Assembly: GCA_964410325.1 (NCBI GenBank) | Contig: CAYPFN010000009.1 | Span: 1,585-65,584 of the forward strand | Origin: an uncultured Azospirillaceae bacterium | GTDB lineage: Bacteria; Pseudomonadota; Alphaproteobacteria; RF32; CAG-239 | Length of the DNA: 64,000 nt | Reading direction: 5' to 3' | Shown here: in pieces, positions 20,454 through 31,391 of the stretch | Position numbering within the stretch: position 1 is the first letter of the stretch | How the letters are laid out: each line of letters starts with the position of its first letter | The notes under the pieces: model-generated | What the model saw: only the letters and a program-made list of their open reading frames with translations | Told to the model about the DNA's origin: nothing | The model's database searches: none | Translations under genes and position numbers: made by a program

Positions 20454-23156
20454 TTATTTGTTTTTTAATGTATTTATTGCCAGGGTTTTTAATTCGTACA
20501 GCTTATCCAAAGCTGCCCGCGGGGTATAATTATCAGGATTTAAATCTTTAAAAACCTGTTCCAAAGGCGAAACCCAATGTTCTTTTTCCGTTTGTTCGCG
20601 TTTAAAAACGGCAAACAGTGGCAAATCATTTTCAATTGAAGAAATTGTCTGATTGTGCGGATTGTTTTCCAACGAATGCAAAACCTGTTCAGCGCGTTTC
20701 AATACCAGCTTCGGCAATCCGGCAAGTTTTGCGACGTGGATGCCATACGATCGATCGGCGGTACCGCTTATCACTTCATGCATAAAAATAACTTCGTCTT
20801 GAAACTCCTTAATTTTCATGCAGTGCAAACTCAAGGTGTTTAATTTTGAAGATAAAGCGGTTAATTCGTGATAATGCGTGGCAAACAACGCCCGGCAGCG
20901 GTTGACTTCATGCAGATGTTCAACCACTGCCCAGGCAATAGATAAACCGTCATAAGTTGCCGTGCCGCGCCCGATTTCATCTAATATAACAAAAGAACGT
21001 GCTGTGGCTTGATTTAAAATTGCCGCCGTTTCCACCATTTCCACCATAAAAGTGGAACGGCCGCGTGATAAATCGTCTGAAGCGCCGACGCGGGAAAAAA
21101 CTTTGTCAATCAGTCCGATGCGCGCCGAGGAGCATGGAACATACGAGCCCATTTGTGCCATAACGGCAATAAGGGCGTTTTGTCTTAAAAAAGTGGATTT
21201 GCCGGCCATGTTTGGCCCAGTTAAAAGCCAAATACGGTTGTTTTCACCGTTAAGCGTACAGTCATTGCTGACAAAAGAACCATCGTGCATTTTTTCAATT
21301 GCCGCTTCCACCACCGGATGCCGTCCATCTTTGATTTCAAAAACGGTTGAATCCTCCAATATCGGCCGGCAGTATTTTTTTTCAACCGCCAAATCTGCCA
21401 ATCCAGCGGCGATATCAAGTTCTGCCATGGCGGCGGCAGTAACTGATATGTCATCCGAAAAACATAAGATATCTTCAACCAGTCGTTCATATATTTCCAA
21501 TTCCATGGCCACGATTTTTTCGCTGGCGCTACGGATTTCTTTTTCCAGATCGGTTAATTCAACGGTGACGAAACGGACTGCGTTCAAAACCGATTGCCGG
21601 TGGATAAATTGCGGATTTTGTAAAATAGGTGCCGAATATTTGGCGGGAATTTCAATAAAATATCCCAAGACATTGTTATACCGGATTTTGAGATTGGAAA
21701 TATGTGTTTCCTCAATATATTTTCGCTCCAGTTCGGCAATTAGTCCGCGACTGTTGTTATGCAGGTTTCGCAATTCATCAAGTGCTGGATAATAACCATT
21801 GCGGACAAAACCGCCGTCGCGAGCTAAAACGGGCAGGTCTTCGCTGTCAAGCAAAGCTCGTTCCAGATTGCTGACAATAGTGCTGAAATCACCAGGTTTC
21901 TTTAAGATATTTGCAATAGCATCCGGAAGTTTTTCTAAAATTTTATTATATTTTCCGTAAGAGCCGAGCAAATTTTTAATTTTAGGGATAAGCGATAAAG
22001 TCAGGCCGATGGAAGCTAAATCTTTTGGGCCACCACGGCCGAGGCTTAAACGGGAAACAGCTCTTTCTAAATCTGAAAAACTTTTAAAATATTCTCGTAA
22101 TTCCTGCCGGATTTCTGGAACGCTGATAAAAAATTCGATGGCATCCAAACGCCGGTTGATTTCGGCAATATCCATGGAAGGATTGGTCAGCCACTGCCGC
22201 AGCATGCGGGCGCCGGCACCGGTAATAGTATGGTCAATAATTCCCAGAAGTGAGGCGTTTTTATCTTTGTTGACAGATTCTAAAATTTCTAGATTGATAC
22301 GAGTTGCGCTATCGATTTCCATATACTTAGAATCATTGATTTTAACTGGTTTTTTAATCCGAGGCATTTTGCCCTTTTGGGTATTTTCAACATAATCAAG
22401 AACAACGCCGGCGGCAGCGAGTTCAACATTGGAAAAGCTACCGAAAGCATCAAGGGTTTTAACATGAAACAGCTTTTCAAGATATTGCCTGGCACTTAAG
22501 CTGTTAAAACGCGCTTCTGGCATTACAGTCAGTTTGTCCTTGTATGAATTTAACAGCTGGAACAAATCAGGTATTGTCAGAAGGTTATCGGCAAGAATAA
22601 TTTCTACCGGCTGCAGTTTTGATAAAGCGTTCTGCAAATCCACACTCATCGTTTCAAGAGAGGATTTAATATGTTGGCAAAAAAAATCGCCGGTAGACAA
22701 GTCCAGCCATGAAAGTCCAAAATTGTCATTATGCAGTGCGCAGCAAAACAAATAATTATTCTGTCGGGCATTAAGCAGATTATCTTCCGTCAGCGTTCCG
22801 GGCGTGACCAGACGGACGACATCACGGCGTAACAGGGCGTTACGACCGCGCTTTTTTGCTTCTTCGGGCGTTTCCATCTGATCGCAGATGGCAACCTTAT
22901 ATCCTTGATGAATAAGGCGTGCCAGATAATTTTCATAAGCATGAAACGGTACGCCACACATTGGGATGTTTTTGCCGTCTGATTTGCCACGTTTAGTCAG
23001 AGCAATATCTAAAGCTTTGGAAGCCGTTAAGGCATCATCGAAAAACAGCTCATAAAAATCCCCCATCCGGTAAAAGACCAGATAATCTTTATGGGCATTT
23101 TTAACCTTTATATACTCAGCCATAGCCGGTGTTAAGTTCTGTTTTTCCTCGCTCAT
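20454..23156 (-). CDS. mutS: DNA mismatch repair protein MutS
   Basis: FYRMGDFYELF, TGPNMAGKSTFLRQ, STFMVEM, DEIGRGT. Confidence 0.98.
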   Translation of the reverse strand: MSEEKQNLTPAMAEYIKVKNAHKDYLVFYRMGDFYELFFDDALTASKALDIALTKRGKSDGKNIPMCGVPFHAYENYLARLIHQGYKVAICDQMETPEEAKKRGRNALLRRDVVRLVTPGTLTEDNLLNARQNNYLFCCALHNDNFGLSWLDLSTGDFFCQHIKSSLETMSVDLQNALSKLQPVEIILADNLLTIPDLFQLLNSYKDKLTVMPEARFNSLSARQYLEKLFHVKTLDAFGSFSNVELAAAGVVLDYVENTQKGKMPRIKKPVKINDSKYMEIDSATRINLEILESVNKDKNASLLGIIDHTITGAGARMLRQWLTNPSMDIAEINRRLDAIEFFISVPEIRQELREYFKSFSDLERAVSRLSLGRGGPKDLASIGLTLSLIPKIKNLLGSYGKYNKILEKLPDAIANILKKPGDFSTIVSNLERALLDSEDLPVLARDGGFVRNGYYPALDELRNLHNNSRGLIAELERKYIEETHISNLKIRYNNVLGYFIEIPAKYSAPILQNPQFIHRQSVLNAVRFVTVELTDLEKEIRSASEKIVAMELEIYERLVEDILCFSDDISVTAAAMAELDIAAGLADLAVEKKYCRPILEDSTVFEIKDGRHPVVEAAIEKMHDGSFVSNDCTLNGENNRIWLLTGPNMAGKSTFLRQNALIAVMAQMGSYVPCSSARIGLIDKVFSRVGASDDLSRGRSTFMVEMVETAAILNQATARSFVILDEIGRGTATYDGLSIAWAVVEHLHEVNRCRALFATHYHELTALSSKLNTLSLHCMKIKEFQDEVIFMHEVISGTADRSYGIHVAKLAGLPKLVLKRAEQVLHSLENNPHNQTISSIENDLPLFAVFKREQTEKEHWVSPLEQVFKDLNPDNYTPRAALDKLYELKTLAINTLKNK

Positions 23157-23263
23157 GTTTTCTTGTTGTCAGTCGCTGTATTAAATAAATTTAAACTCCT
23201 TACATCATAATATATTTTTACAACTAGTCCATAACTTTTTTAAAATTATATACGGGGTTTCTA

Positions 23264-24697
23264 ATGTTATTAAAGAAAATCGGACGGTTTGAACTTGATA
23301 AAAATTCCAATTTTGTCGCCCGAGTTTTGATTTTTTCTTTACCGGCCGCTTTGGTTTTTATCATGCTGACTATTTTAAATCTGCTGACATTATATTGGGC
23401 CATTATTTCCTATATGATGATTATCATTTTTACCATGATTTTTTTATTACCAATAAGTTTTGAGCTGCAACAGTTAAAAAAGTATATTAACGAACTGGCC
23501 AAAGGTGAAGTAAATACGGATTTTAGTATGGATTTGTCTGAACAGGAAGCCCGAGATATTGCGGAAGCCATAAACTCAGCGCATAAATTTTGGGTGCATA
23601 AAACGGATGCTTTGGAAACTCAGATTATGTCTGATACCGCCGTTTTGGATACGTTGCCGGATCCTATTTTGATGATTGATCGCTCAGGCAATATTTTAGG
23701 CGCCAATCTGTCCGCTCGGCAGCTTTTGGGTGCTAATGTCGCGGATAAAAATATTGAAAATGTTTTAGGCGCTAATAACTTTATCAATGCTGTCAGCCGA
23801 GTGCTTAAAAAAGAAAGTGAATCAGAAAACCTGATTTTTCATATGCCGCAGAATCAGGAACGGAAAATTTATGCGCATATTAAACCGTTGCCTTGGTTTT
23901 CCAAAGGGAGAACCGTTGCGGTTATCTCTTTATATGATTTAACCAAGGCAATTAAATTTGAAAGAATGCAATCTGATTTTGTGGCCAATGCCAGCCATGA
24001 GTTGCGCACGCCGTTATCAGTTATTTCTGGCTTTATCGAAACCCTGCAGACCTCAGCCAAAGATGATGAAACAGCTCGGGAATATTTCTTGAAAATAATG
24101 GCGGATCAAGCCGAATTCATGTCGGAATTGATTGAAAACCTACTTTCATTATCCCGTATTGAAATGTCTCAGGATGAACAGCCTGATGAAAAAGTTGCAT
24201 TATCGGAAGTGATAGATGAAGTTGTTCAGGCTATGTCGTTAAAAGCGGCCAATAAAAATATGCAGCTAGTAACGGAAGTACCAGATAAGCTGCCACTGGT
24301 AACGGCAGACCGCCAGCAGATTCGCCAGCTTTTCCAAAACCTGGTGGATAATGCCATAAAATATGGTTTAAGTCCGGGCGATATCACAATTTCAGTTAAA
24401 CAAACCGAGCAGATTCCGCCGTCTAAAAGTTTAAATGTCGCGCAGGGAAAAGCTGTTTCTGTATCAGTTAATAACAAGGGCCCGAAAATCAGTCGGGAAG
24501 ATTTAATGCGTTTGACGGAACGTTTCTATCGCATGCAGGAACATAAGGATTTAAATATCAAGGGAACTGGACTCGGCCTAGCGATAGCCAAACAGATTAT
24601 TATCCGTCATCATGGAAACTTGATGGTTAATTCAACTGCTTACGAAGGGACAACTTTTACTGTTTACTTACCGCTTGAAATCAACCAAACAGCTTGA
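23264..24697 (+). CDS. phoR: PhoR-like sensor histidine kinase
   Basis: DFVANASHELRTPL..GFIETL, RLTERFYR, GTGLGLAI. Confidence 0.8.
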   Translation: MLLKKIGRFELDKNSNFVARVLIFSLPAALVFIMLTILNLLTLYWAIISYMMIIIFTMIFLLPISFELQQLKKYINELAKGEVNTDFSMDLSEQEARDIAEAINSAHKFWVHKTDALETQIMSDTAVLDTLPDPILMIDRSGNILGANLSARQLLGANVADKNIENVLGANNFINAVSRVLKKESESENLIFHMPQNQERKIYAHIKPLPWFSKGRTVAVISLYDLTKAIKFERMQSDFVANASHELRTPLSVISGFIETLQTSAKDDETAREYFLKIMADQAEFMSELIENLLSLSRIEMSQDEQPDEKVALSEVIDEVVQAMSLKAANKNMQLVTEVPDKLPLVTADRQQIRQLFQNLVDNAIKYGLSPGDITISVKQTEQIPPSKSLNVAQGKAVSVSVNNKGPKISREDLMRLTERFYRMQEHKDLNIKGTGLGLAIAKQIIIRHHGNLMVNSTAYEGTTFTVYLPLEINQTA

Positions 24698-24741
24698 ATA
24701 AGGCAGATTAAGTCGTTATATCAAGACAATGAAAGTTTTTT

Positions 24742-24856
24742 ATGCAGTTTAGCTATCACAACATATGGAAAATGAGTTATCCGACTTTTAATCAGCATGT
24801 TAATGCAACAGTTGGTTGGTATAACGGATGTTATTTATCTTGGGCGCTTGGTTCGA
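24742..24856 (+). pseudogene. 5' remnant of a MATE efflux transporter
   Basis: MQFSYHNIWKMSYPT / frameshift / ISMLMQQLVGITDVIYLGRL matches the first MATE TM pattern (P.L....D..FLGR); then truncated. Confidence 0.65.
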
Positions 24857-25826
24857 TGTATTTTTCCATCAAAAACAGAAATAATCAAATTACATAACTT
24901 GGGATATTTTTTTAGATATTGTAAAAACAGCCAATCTTTATGGACTGATTTTAAAAACTTGGAAGAATAAATCCGTCGCTGTATCAAAAACTGAAAATAT
25001 TTTCCGGTGCCGTATAAAAGCTCGTTTTTAGTAAATAAATGCACGTTTTTAAGATACTGTAGAAGGGATATCAGATGTCTTTTAGGCAGAATAAAAATTG
25101 AATGTGGTAAAAGCGCGGAAAGAATTAAAAACATCGCGTCTTCTCCCACATAACCATACCGCAGTCTTTCAAAATCAATAGTGTAAATCCTGCCGTTTTT
25201 ATCCATAATAAGGTTATTTAAATTGGCATCGCCGTGGATAATGATGGGAATACGGGGGGGGGGTATGCCGATATGCTTTGCAAAATTAGATTGTTATTTT
25301 TTTCGATATGATTAAGTACTACAGATTGTAAATAACTTATTTTCTTCTGTTTGTAATCTTCAATTTTTTTTTGAATTTCAGAGAAAAGCTTATCAGTGGA
25401 AATAAGAGGCCGTACTATATTATCATCAAAAGCGACATTCTGCAAACAGCGGTAGAAATCTAAAATTTTTCCCAATATGGCAGGAGATAATTTATGATGC
25501 TTGATTTTTTTGCCGGAAATATATTCCAGCACAATGCCGACATAATCTTCAAAAGCAAAATAATCCTGAGAGTTGACGGAAACGGCGGAAGCCGTATAGA
25601 AATTTGGAATTGTTTTCAAAACTTTTAAAATTTTGCAGATACGTTCCAGGCGTTTTACCTCATTTTTATTGACAAGCTTAATGATGTATTCGGCATTAGC
25701 TATTTTGCAGAAAAAATTATTTGAAGAACCGCCTTTCCTTAATTTAAAAAATTTAATCACGGCAGAATGAAAAATTGTTTGTTCCAAAAAACTTTTAAAC
25801 TTATGTAAAAATTCTTGATTATGCAT
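24835..25826 (-). pseudogene. APH/choline-kinase-superfamily phosphotransferase, frameshifted at a C10 tract
   Basis: 5' ORF carries the N-lobe (GGSSNNF, YIIK); after the tract another frame reads IIHGDANLNNLIMD...IDFE. Confidence 0.8.
25254..25263. repeat. G10 homopolymer (C10 on the coding strand)
   Basis: Read directly; exceptional in an AT-rich gene. Confidence 0.95.
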
Positions 25827-26018
25827 TTAACTACTCCAATCCCCAACTATAAATATAAACTTTACTAAAATCAAGTAGTTTTCTGCTATTTTTTTTAATA
25901 AGGTATATCTAAAGTATCCTGATATTTTTCAGCTGATTAATAACTAATAAATTTATTCTTGATTAAATCGGCCAGTATGATAAAAGTAAACCGAAGTTTA
26001 TGTTTTAAGGAGGATAAA

Positions 26019-26912
26019 ATGCAGCAGTATTGGTGGTTGTTTTCTATTTTTGCCAGTTTCATTTTTGCAATGTATATTTTTGCAAATCAAATTTTTAAGC
26101 TTAAGGGTTCGCTGGTTATGATATACCGTGGGGTTGGCGCCGCTGTTGTCTTGCTGCCGTTTGTTCCTTTAATTCAGGGCATGGCTGATCCGAACTTTTA
26201 TTATTTGTGTTTAGTGCAAGGCGTTCTGATTGCTTATCTTGATAACCGCCTGTTTAATGCCGCCAATCGTTTCGGCGCAGAAATGACCAGTGTTATTCAG
26301 CCTATTAGCGTAATGTTTGGCTTTGTCATTTGGTTTATTATCGTTCCTCAGCAGTTTTGGGATTTATGTCATAATCCATGGCGTTTGGTTTTGATTATGG
26401 TTTCCATGCTCGGTATCGTCAGTTCGGTGTTAATGCTGAAAAAAAACCGAATGAGCAGTAAAGCTTTCTTTTATCTTTTGCCAGCGTTATTAACCGTTAC
26501 CGTAATTGATCTGCTCGGCAAAAAATTGATGGATATTGGTAGCGATAATGTTTTAGGGGCAATTTTTTACTATTCAATTATCACCTCAATTGTCGCCGGT
26601 GGCGTCAATGCCGTTGCCTTTTTCAAAGAAGGCAATAATTTTACAGAGATTATTTGTCCGCGGAATTTGCTTTTTGCTGGTATCCCTATCGTAATTCTGA
26701 TTTTGGCGATGTATTCATTTAAAAATTATAGCTTATATTTAAGTAGCAATCCGGCCTATGTTATGGCTATGATATATTCGTATCCGATATGGATTCTTTT
26801 AGCCAACAACATTTATTCGCGTTACTTTACGAATGAGCTTTATGCGCGACCGAACCGCTGGATATTGCTGACCATGATGGTATCAATCGTTATCCTGATT
26901 TTGAGTGTTTAA
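26019..26912 (+). CDS. DMT/EamA-superfamily membrane transporter
   Basis: About 10 TM segments in two repeats, NPAYV motif, AAGGAGG RBS. Confidence 0.65.
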   Translation: MQQYWWLFSIFASFIFAMYIFANQIFKLKGSLVMIYRGVGAAVVLLPFVPLIQGMADPNFYYLCLVQGVLIAYLDNRLFNAANRFGAEMTSVIQPISVMFGFVIWFIIVPQQFWDLCHNPWRLVLIMVSMLGIVSSVLMLKKNRMSSKAFFYLLPALLTVTVIDLLGKKLMDIGSDNVLGAIFYYSIITSIVAGGVNAVAFFKEGNNFTEIICPRNLLFAGIPIVILILAMYSFKNYSLYLSSNPAYVMAMIYSYPIWILLANNIYSRYFTNELYARPNRWILLTMMVSIVILILSV

Positions 26913-28853
26913 ATAAGTTTGCACGATATCAAGCGTCAGGAGTTGGGGCAAAACAATGTAGTTGTTTTGCCCTTTTTGTTTTTGTGGCGGATAATAGATA
27001 TATAAAGGAACGCCGCTGCGGTTAAACCTGTTTAACGCTTTGGTAATTTCCGAATCATTGTTTGTCCAGTCTGCTTTAAATAAAGCAACATTATGTTTTT
27101 TTGCCAAATCCACAAAAGCGGATGTATCCAGTACCAGTTTTTCATTAACCAGACAGGTAAGGCACCATTTGGCAGTGAAATCGATGAAAATGGCTTGCCC
27201 AGCAGCATATTGTTGGATAATCTGTTTTTCATCATATGGTTTCCAGATTGAATTTTCAGTTTTTACTACCGATAGAGAAGTTTCATGATACAAAACCCAT
27301 CCTAGCCATAAACATGTCAGCAAAATCGGGACAGACAGAATTTTCTTTAGAGTGCCCATCCATCTCCCGGGTTTTGGCATAACTTTGCGCAAAATTTTAC
27401 GAATAACGGACGGATACATTTCCACCAAAGTAAAAGGTAGCGCGTAACCAAGCCCTAAACTTAGAAAAATCGGAAAATAAATATGCGGCGGTTGAAACAA
27501 AGCATATCCGAGAGCGGCGCCCATAAAAGGTCCAGTACATGGGCTAGCGATTAAAACGGCAAAAAAACCAGTCATGAAAGAATTAAGCCCGGCAAACCGA
27601 GTAAATGCGCTAAGCCATCGGCCTCGGATTTTTATAACATCCACTATGCTTAGAAATAAAAATATAAACACACACAGCATCGTGCCGATAAAAAACGGCG
27701 ATTGCAGCTGAAATCCCCAGCCGGCTTCGTCTCCTGTGCTACGCAGCATATAAAGCAGAAACGCCATCAGAACAAAACAGGACAATACCCCAAAAAGATA
27801 CAGTAGCCCCCGACGCACACGTCCTTTTTGGCCGGCGCTTTGCGTTAGAGCAATAGCTTTAATGCTTAAGATTGGAAAAACACAAGGCATGCAGTTTAAG
27901 ATAATTCCGCCAGTGAACGCCAATAGTAAAAACCAGAATAATGAGGGACGGTATAAAGGCTCAACGGTCGTTGCCAATTGCCTTGAGGCATTTTGAAAAA
28001 ACAATGGATCGGCAAGTGAATTCATATCATTTTCCGTATTGTTTTCTGGCGCAACCGAAACCATAGGCACAACATTATATAAAAAAGATTTTTCTCCATA
28101 TATTAAAAGCCCTTTTGCCGGGATAGCATTTTCAACGTCGGCTTCAATTTGTATTTCCAGCCGATTATCTTTGGTTAAAGATATGTTCTGCGGCATTACG
28201 GCCGAAATAAGCCGCTGTTCATAAGGTATAAAATAAAATGGTTTCGTCTGTAAATCAAAAGTCCCTTCAGGAAAGCGCAAAGTTAAAACATAATCACGAT
28301 TTTGCGCTTGCAACGGCTGAGAAACCCGTGTAGGGAAAGAAGTTTTGGCCTGTGCAGCTTCCTCCCGCCAAAGTTTTGCATCGGTTTGAGTCGGTAAAAC
28401 GGTAAAATGTGCTTGCTCTGGTTCGCAAACTTCACGGCAGGCCGTCCACGCAATATCAAGGGATATTTCCGGCATTTCGACGGAAGTATTATTCAGGCGG
28501 GTAATTTCAAACAGATAATATGCTGTATCTCCGTAACCGTATTGAGTGACAATATCATTATATGTAAATTTATGCGGCGTCGTTTCTTGCCGTCTACTGG
28601 CGTTCCAGCCCTCCGTAAGCTGCCAGGTAAATTTAACTGGGATTCCCGCATCTCCAGGATTGTCCCAAGAAATATGCCAGCCGTCCAGCATCTGAAATTT
28701 AATTAATACCTGAATGTTTTTTTTGTTGGAGGTGGTGTAAAGGTTGATTTCCAACTTATCATTCTGCCAGTCTGGAATTCTTTCCGCCGCTTGCGCTGCA
28801 TGAAAAAACAGAATATAAAAAGCAAGGCTGGTTAAAATTTTTAAAAGTTTCAT
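26883..28853 (-). CDS. dsbD: DsbD/ScsB-type thiol:disulfide interchange protein
   Basis: GWHISWDNPGDAG, CREVC, NCMPCVFP, ASPCTGPF, FTAKWCLTC. Confidence 0.88.
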   Translation of the reverse strand: MKLLKILTSLAFYILFFHAAQAAERIPDWQNDKLEINLYTTSNKKNIQVLIKFQMLDGWHISWDNPGDAGIPVKFTWQLTEGWNASRRQETTPHKFTYNDIVTQYGYGDTAYYLFEITRLNNTSVEMPEISLDIAWTACREVCEPEQAHFTVLPTQTDAKLWREEAAQAKTSFPTRVSQPLQAQNRDYVLTLRFPEGTFDLQTKPFYFIPYEQRLISAVMPQNISLTKDNRLEIQIEADVENAIPAKGLLIYGEKSFLYNVVPMVSVAPENNTENDMNSLADPLFFQNASRQLATTVEPLYRPSLFWFLLLAFTGGIILNCMPCVFPILSIKAIALTQSAGQKGRVRRGLLYLFGVLSCFVLMAFLLYMLRSTGDEAGWGFQLQSPFFIGTMLCVFIFLFLSIVDVIKIRGRWLSAFTRFAGLNSFMTGFFAVLIASPCTGPFMGAALGYALFQPPHIYFPIFLSLGLGYALPFTLVEMYPSVIRKILRKVMPKPGRWMGTLKKILSVPILLTCLWLGWVLYHETSLSVVKTENSIWKPYDEKQIIQQYAAGQAIFIDFTAKWCLTCLVNEKLVLDTSAFVDLAKKHNVALFKADWTNNDSEITKALNRFNRSGVPLYIYYPPQKQKGQNNYIVLPQLLTLDIVQTYLNTQNQDND

Positions 28854-29512
28854 TTGCGTTTGCCTCTTCCAGCAGCGATAACCAAACTATAATAAGCGCC
28901 GCTTATCAACAAAAGTGATTTTCCTAAAGATATAATACCGAAAAACAAAGCCAGCGGCATAAACCAGAATGGGCATATGCACATCAGGAATAATGCCAGC
29001 GACGTATCAAAATTTTGCACCGTTCCCCATAGGCAAATTTTAAATTGCGATTGATTTAGTTTGTGATAATTTTGTTTGGAAACGACAAGCAAACCAAGCA
29101 GTACTGCGACCGATACCGTAAAAGTCAATAACCAGAACGCGCTGGCAACGGCATTTTTTTCCGGAATAGCCAAAGCAAATCCGAAAATAAATAATGCTAG
29201 TGAAAAATAATCGATAACAATATCAAAAAAGGCGCCGAAAGCCGTAATCTGCCGTCGTCTGGCGACAACACCGTCCAAAATATCGCACAATCGGTTAAAC
29301 ACCAGACAGAAAAAAGCGCTAAAATAAGATTCAATTGCTAGGAAGTTAACGCCTAAAACCGCAAAAAACAATCCGGTTAAAGTAATAAAATCGGCATTGA
29401 CGGAATGTTTTTCTAACAGGCCAGCCAACTTTTCCATCTGCGCATAAAAAGAATTTAAACTTGAACAGAGGGAAATTCTTCCGGCTTTTTTTAATAGAGT
29501 TCTTAACGACAT
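28850..29512 (-). CDS. CDP-alcohol phosphatidyltransferase family protein
   Basis: DILDGVVARRRQITAFGAFFDIVID signature; GAAGGAG RBS. Confidence 0.85.
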   Translation of the reverse strand: MSLRTLLKKAGRISLCSSLNSFYAQMEKLAGLLEKHSVNADFITLTGLFFAVLGVNFLAIESYFSAFFCLVFNRLCDILDGVVARRRQITAFGAFFDIVIDYFSLALFIFGFALAIPEKNAVASAFWLLTFTVSVAVLLGLLVVSKQNYHKLNQSQFKICLWGTVQNFDTSLALFLMCICPFWFMPLALFFGIISLGKSLLLISGAYYSLVIAAGRGKRK

Positions 29513-29582
29513 AAGCATCTCCTTCATATCAGGCATTTTAGAGAATATATCTTTAATAAAGATATAACAGCTATAATATTTT

Positions 29583-31391
29583 TTAATCTTTTGTAAGCAC
29601 AAATTTCTGCACGCCAAGTCCGATTCCAATCGGTGTGTATCCTAAACCGTCATTCCGAAATTCAATCAGCAGTCTGCGATTTTTTTCTATTAAACCATGA
29701 GGAATTTTCAGAGTTTTATGGATAGGCTGCATTATATTGTCTTTAAAATTCCAAGTAGCGATTTCCTGTTTGTTCACATAAATTTTTACCATACGGCTTC
29801 TTTCGCTCATAAATAAAATTCTGAACTGAATATCAAAAGTGATGTCATCATAATTTGAATCGGGTAGTGTCATCGAAAGCGTATCCAGCCAGGCGATGTC
29901 AAGTACAGCTTCCGAAAACACGGCATAATCTTTAATGGCAGAAATGGTATTTATCTCATGTCCCCATGCTGGATAATCCTTGTACAGAGGTTCGGAAACA
30001 AACTTGATTTTATTAAAATCCATATATCTTTTAGAAGTTTTCATTAATTCAATATCCAAATTTTTCCCCATGGATTCTTGCAAGGGAGGCGTTTCGGAAA
30101 ATAAAGAACGCCCGAGTCCGAATTTGCCTCCTGGAATTTTGATTCCAGCCGCCTCTAAAATTGTCGGCGCAATATCAAGCAAAGTCCATGCATAAGATTT
30201 GGCAGCGGGAAGATTTTGAGCCGGATTAAGGATAATATTAATTATATTGCGTTTTTGATGTTGTGGGTATAAATCATTCTTGCCAGTTTTGATATGGTCG
30301 CCTAAAATGACAACGGTCGTATTTGGGTAGAAATCCTGTTGTTTAATCCAGTCGATAAAATCAGCGGCCATTTTATCGGCACAGACTACGACATCGCGGT
30401 TGTCTTTAAAATGAGAAAGACATTGTTTATCAAGATAAGTATCGTTTCGGCCATGCGTATCCAATGTCAGCATGGTAAACAAAAAAGGTTCTTTTTGTTT
30501 GGATATTTCTGTTAAGCGTTGTTTGGCAATATCATATAAGGTGCTGTCCTTCAAACCCCAGGATGTTCCGAGATATTCCGGCCGAGCTAAGTTATAAATG
30601 CTTTTAAGTTCCAGTTCTCCTTTAACATCATCAAAACCATGTGTTTCAAAAAACATTCCAGTACGGGTAAAATTTAAATCAGCACCTTTCATAAAATAAG
30701 TTTTATAACCGTTCTTTTTCAGGATTTGCGGATAGCAAACTAGGTCGCGCAGAAAATTATTGTAAGTGGTATAATCGTTCTTTAAAACCAGCCGTAAAGG
30801 AACGGCGCAGAAACTCGCAACCATACCAGCAATCGTATAATCCTGATTTAAAAGTTGATGATAGCCGTCAAAAGAAATATTTTCAGCGGCCAAGTGGCTC
30901 AAATTTAGCAGTAGATTAGTTCCCACAAGTTGCGGATCAGCATAATCCTTTTCCATCGATTCCATATACAGAATGATGATGTTTCTTTTTTGCTGGGGAA
31001 ACTGGAAATCAATATCTTCGGGAGCATAATATTCCTCTTCATATAAAGAAGTGTAAGTATTATGATTAATCAAAAATGGAATAATCTGAATTTTATATGC
31101 GCAAAAAGCTAAAGATAAAACCGATATGAAAATTAAATAACGGTTTTTATCAATCAGATAGGCCAGCAATAGGCTCAAAGCCACAGCCGGAACAACACAT
31201 AGTATAACATAACCGCGGATAATGTTCTGAATTGCCTCAGTTGTCCCGTTTCCGAGATGAAACAAAATTTGTTCAAAATAAACATTTCCCCATAAGTAAT
31301 TGGTGTGGAACCAAGCAAATAATGTTAACAGGGAAAGCACCAGAAAGGCGAAAGCCAGACTATTAATCAAAGTGTTTTTTATTTTTGACAT
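29583..31391 (-). CDS. LTA synthase / phosphoglycerol transferase (OpgB-like) family
   Basis: N-terminal TMs, MESME, YTIAGM (catalytic Thr), TLDTH, GDH. Confidence 0.85.
   Translation of the reverse strand: MSKIKNTLINSLAFAFLVLSLLTLFAWFHTNYLWGNVYFEQILFHLGNGTTEAIQNIIRGYVILCVVPAVALSLLLAYLIDKNRYLIFISVLSLAFCAYKIQIIPFLINHNTYTSLYEEEYYAPEDIDFQFPQQKRNIIILYMESMEKDYADPQLVGTNLLLNLSHLAAENISFDGYHQLLNQDYTIAGMVASFCAVPLRLVLKNDYTTYNNFLRDLVCYPQILKKNGYKTYFMKGADLNFTRTGMFFETHGFDDVKGELELKSIYNLARPEYLGTSWGLKDSTLYDIAKQRLTEISKQKEPFLFTMLTLDTHGRNDTYLDKQCLSHFKDNRDVVVCADKMAADFIDWIKQQDFYPNTTVVILGDHIKTGKNDLYPQHQKRNIINIILNPAQNLPAAKSYAWTLLDIAPTILEAAGIKIPGGKFGLGRSLFSETPPLQESMGKNLDIELMKTSKRYMDFNKIKFVSEPLYKDYPAWGHEINTISAIKDYAVFSEAVLDIAWLDTLSMTLPDSNYDDITFDIQFRILFMSERSRMVKIYVNKQEIATWNFKDNIMQPIHKTLKIPHGLIEKNRRLLIEFRNDGLGYTPIGIGLGVQKFVLTKD

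Noticed and set aside
21052-21792. Long antisense ORFs (246 aa in mutS, 184 aa in infB, 161 aa in pepA and others)
   Set aside because: Shadow frames of conserved genes with no motifs or RBS
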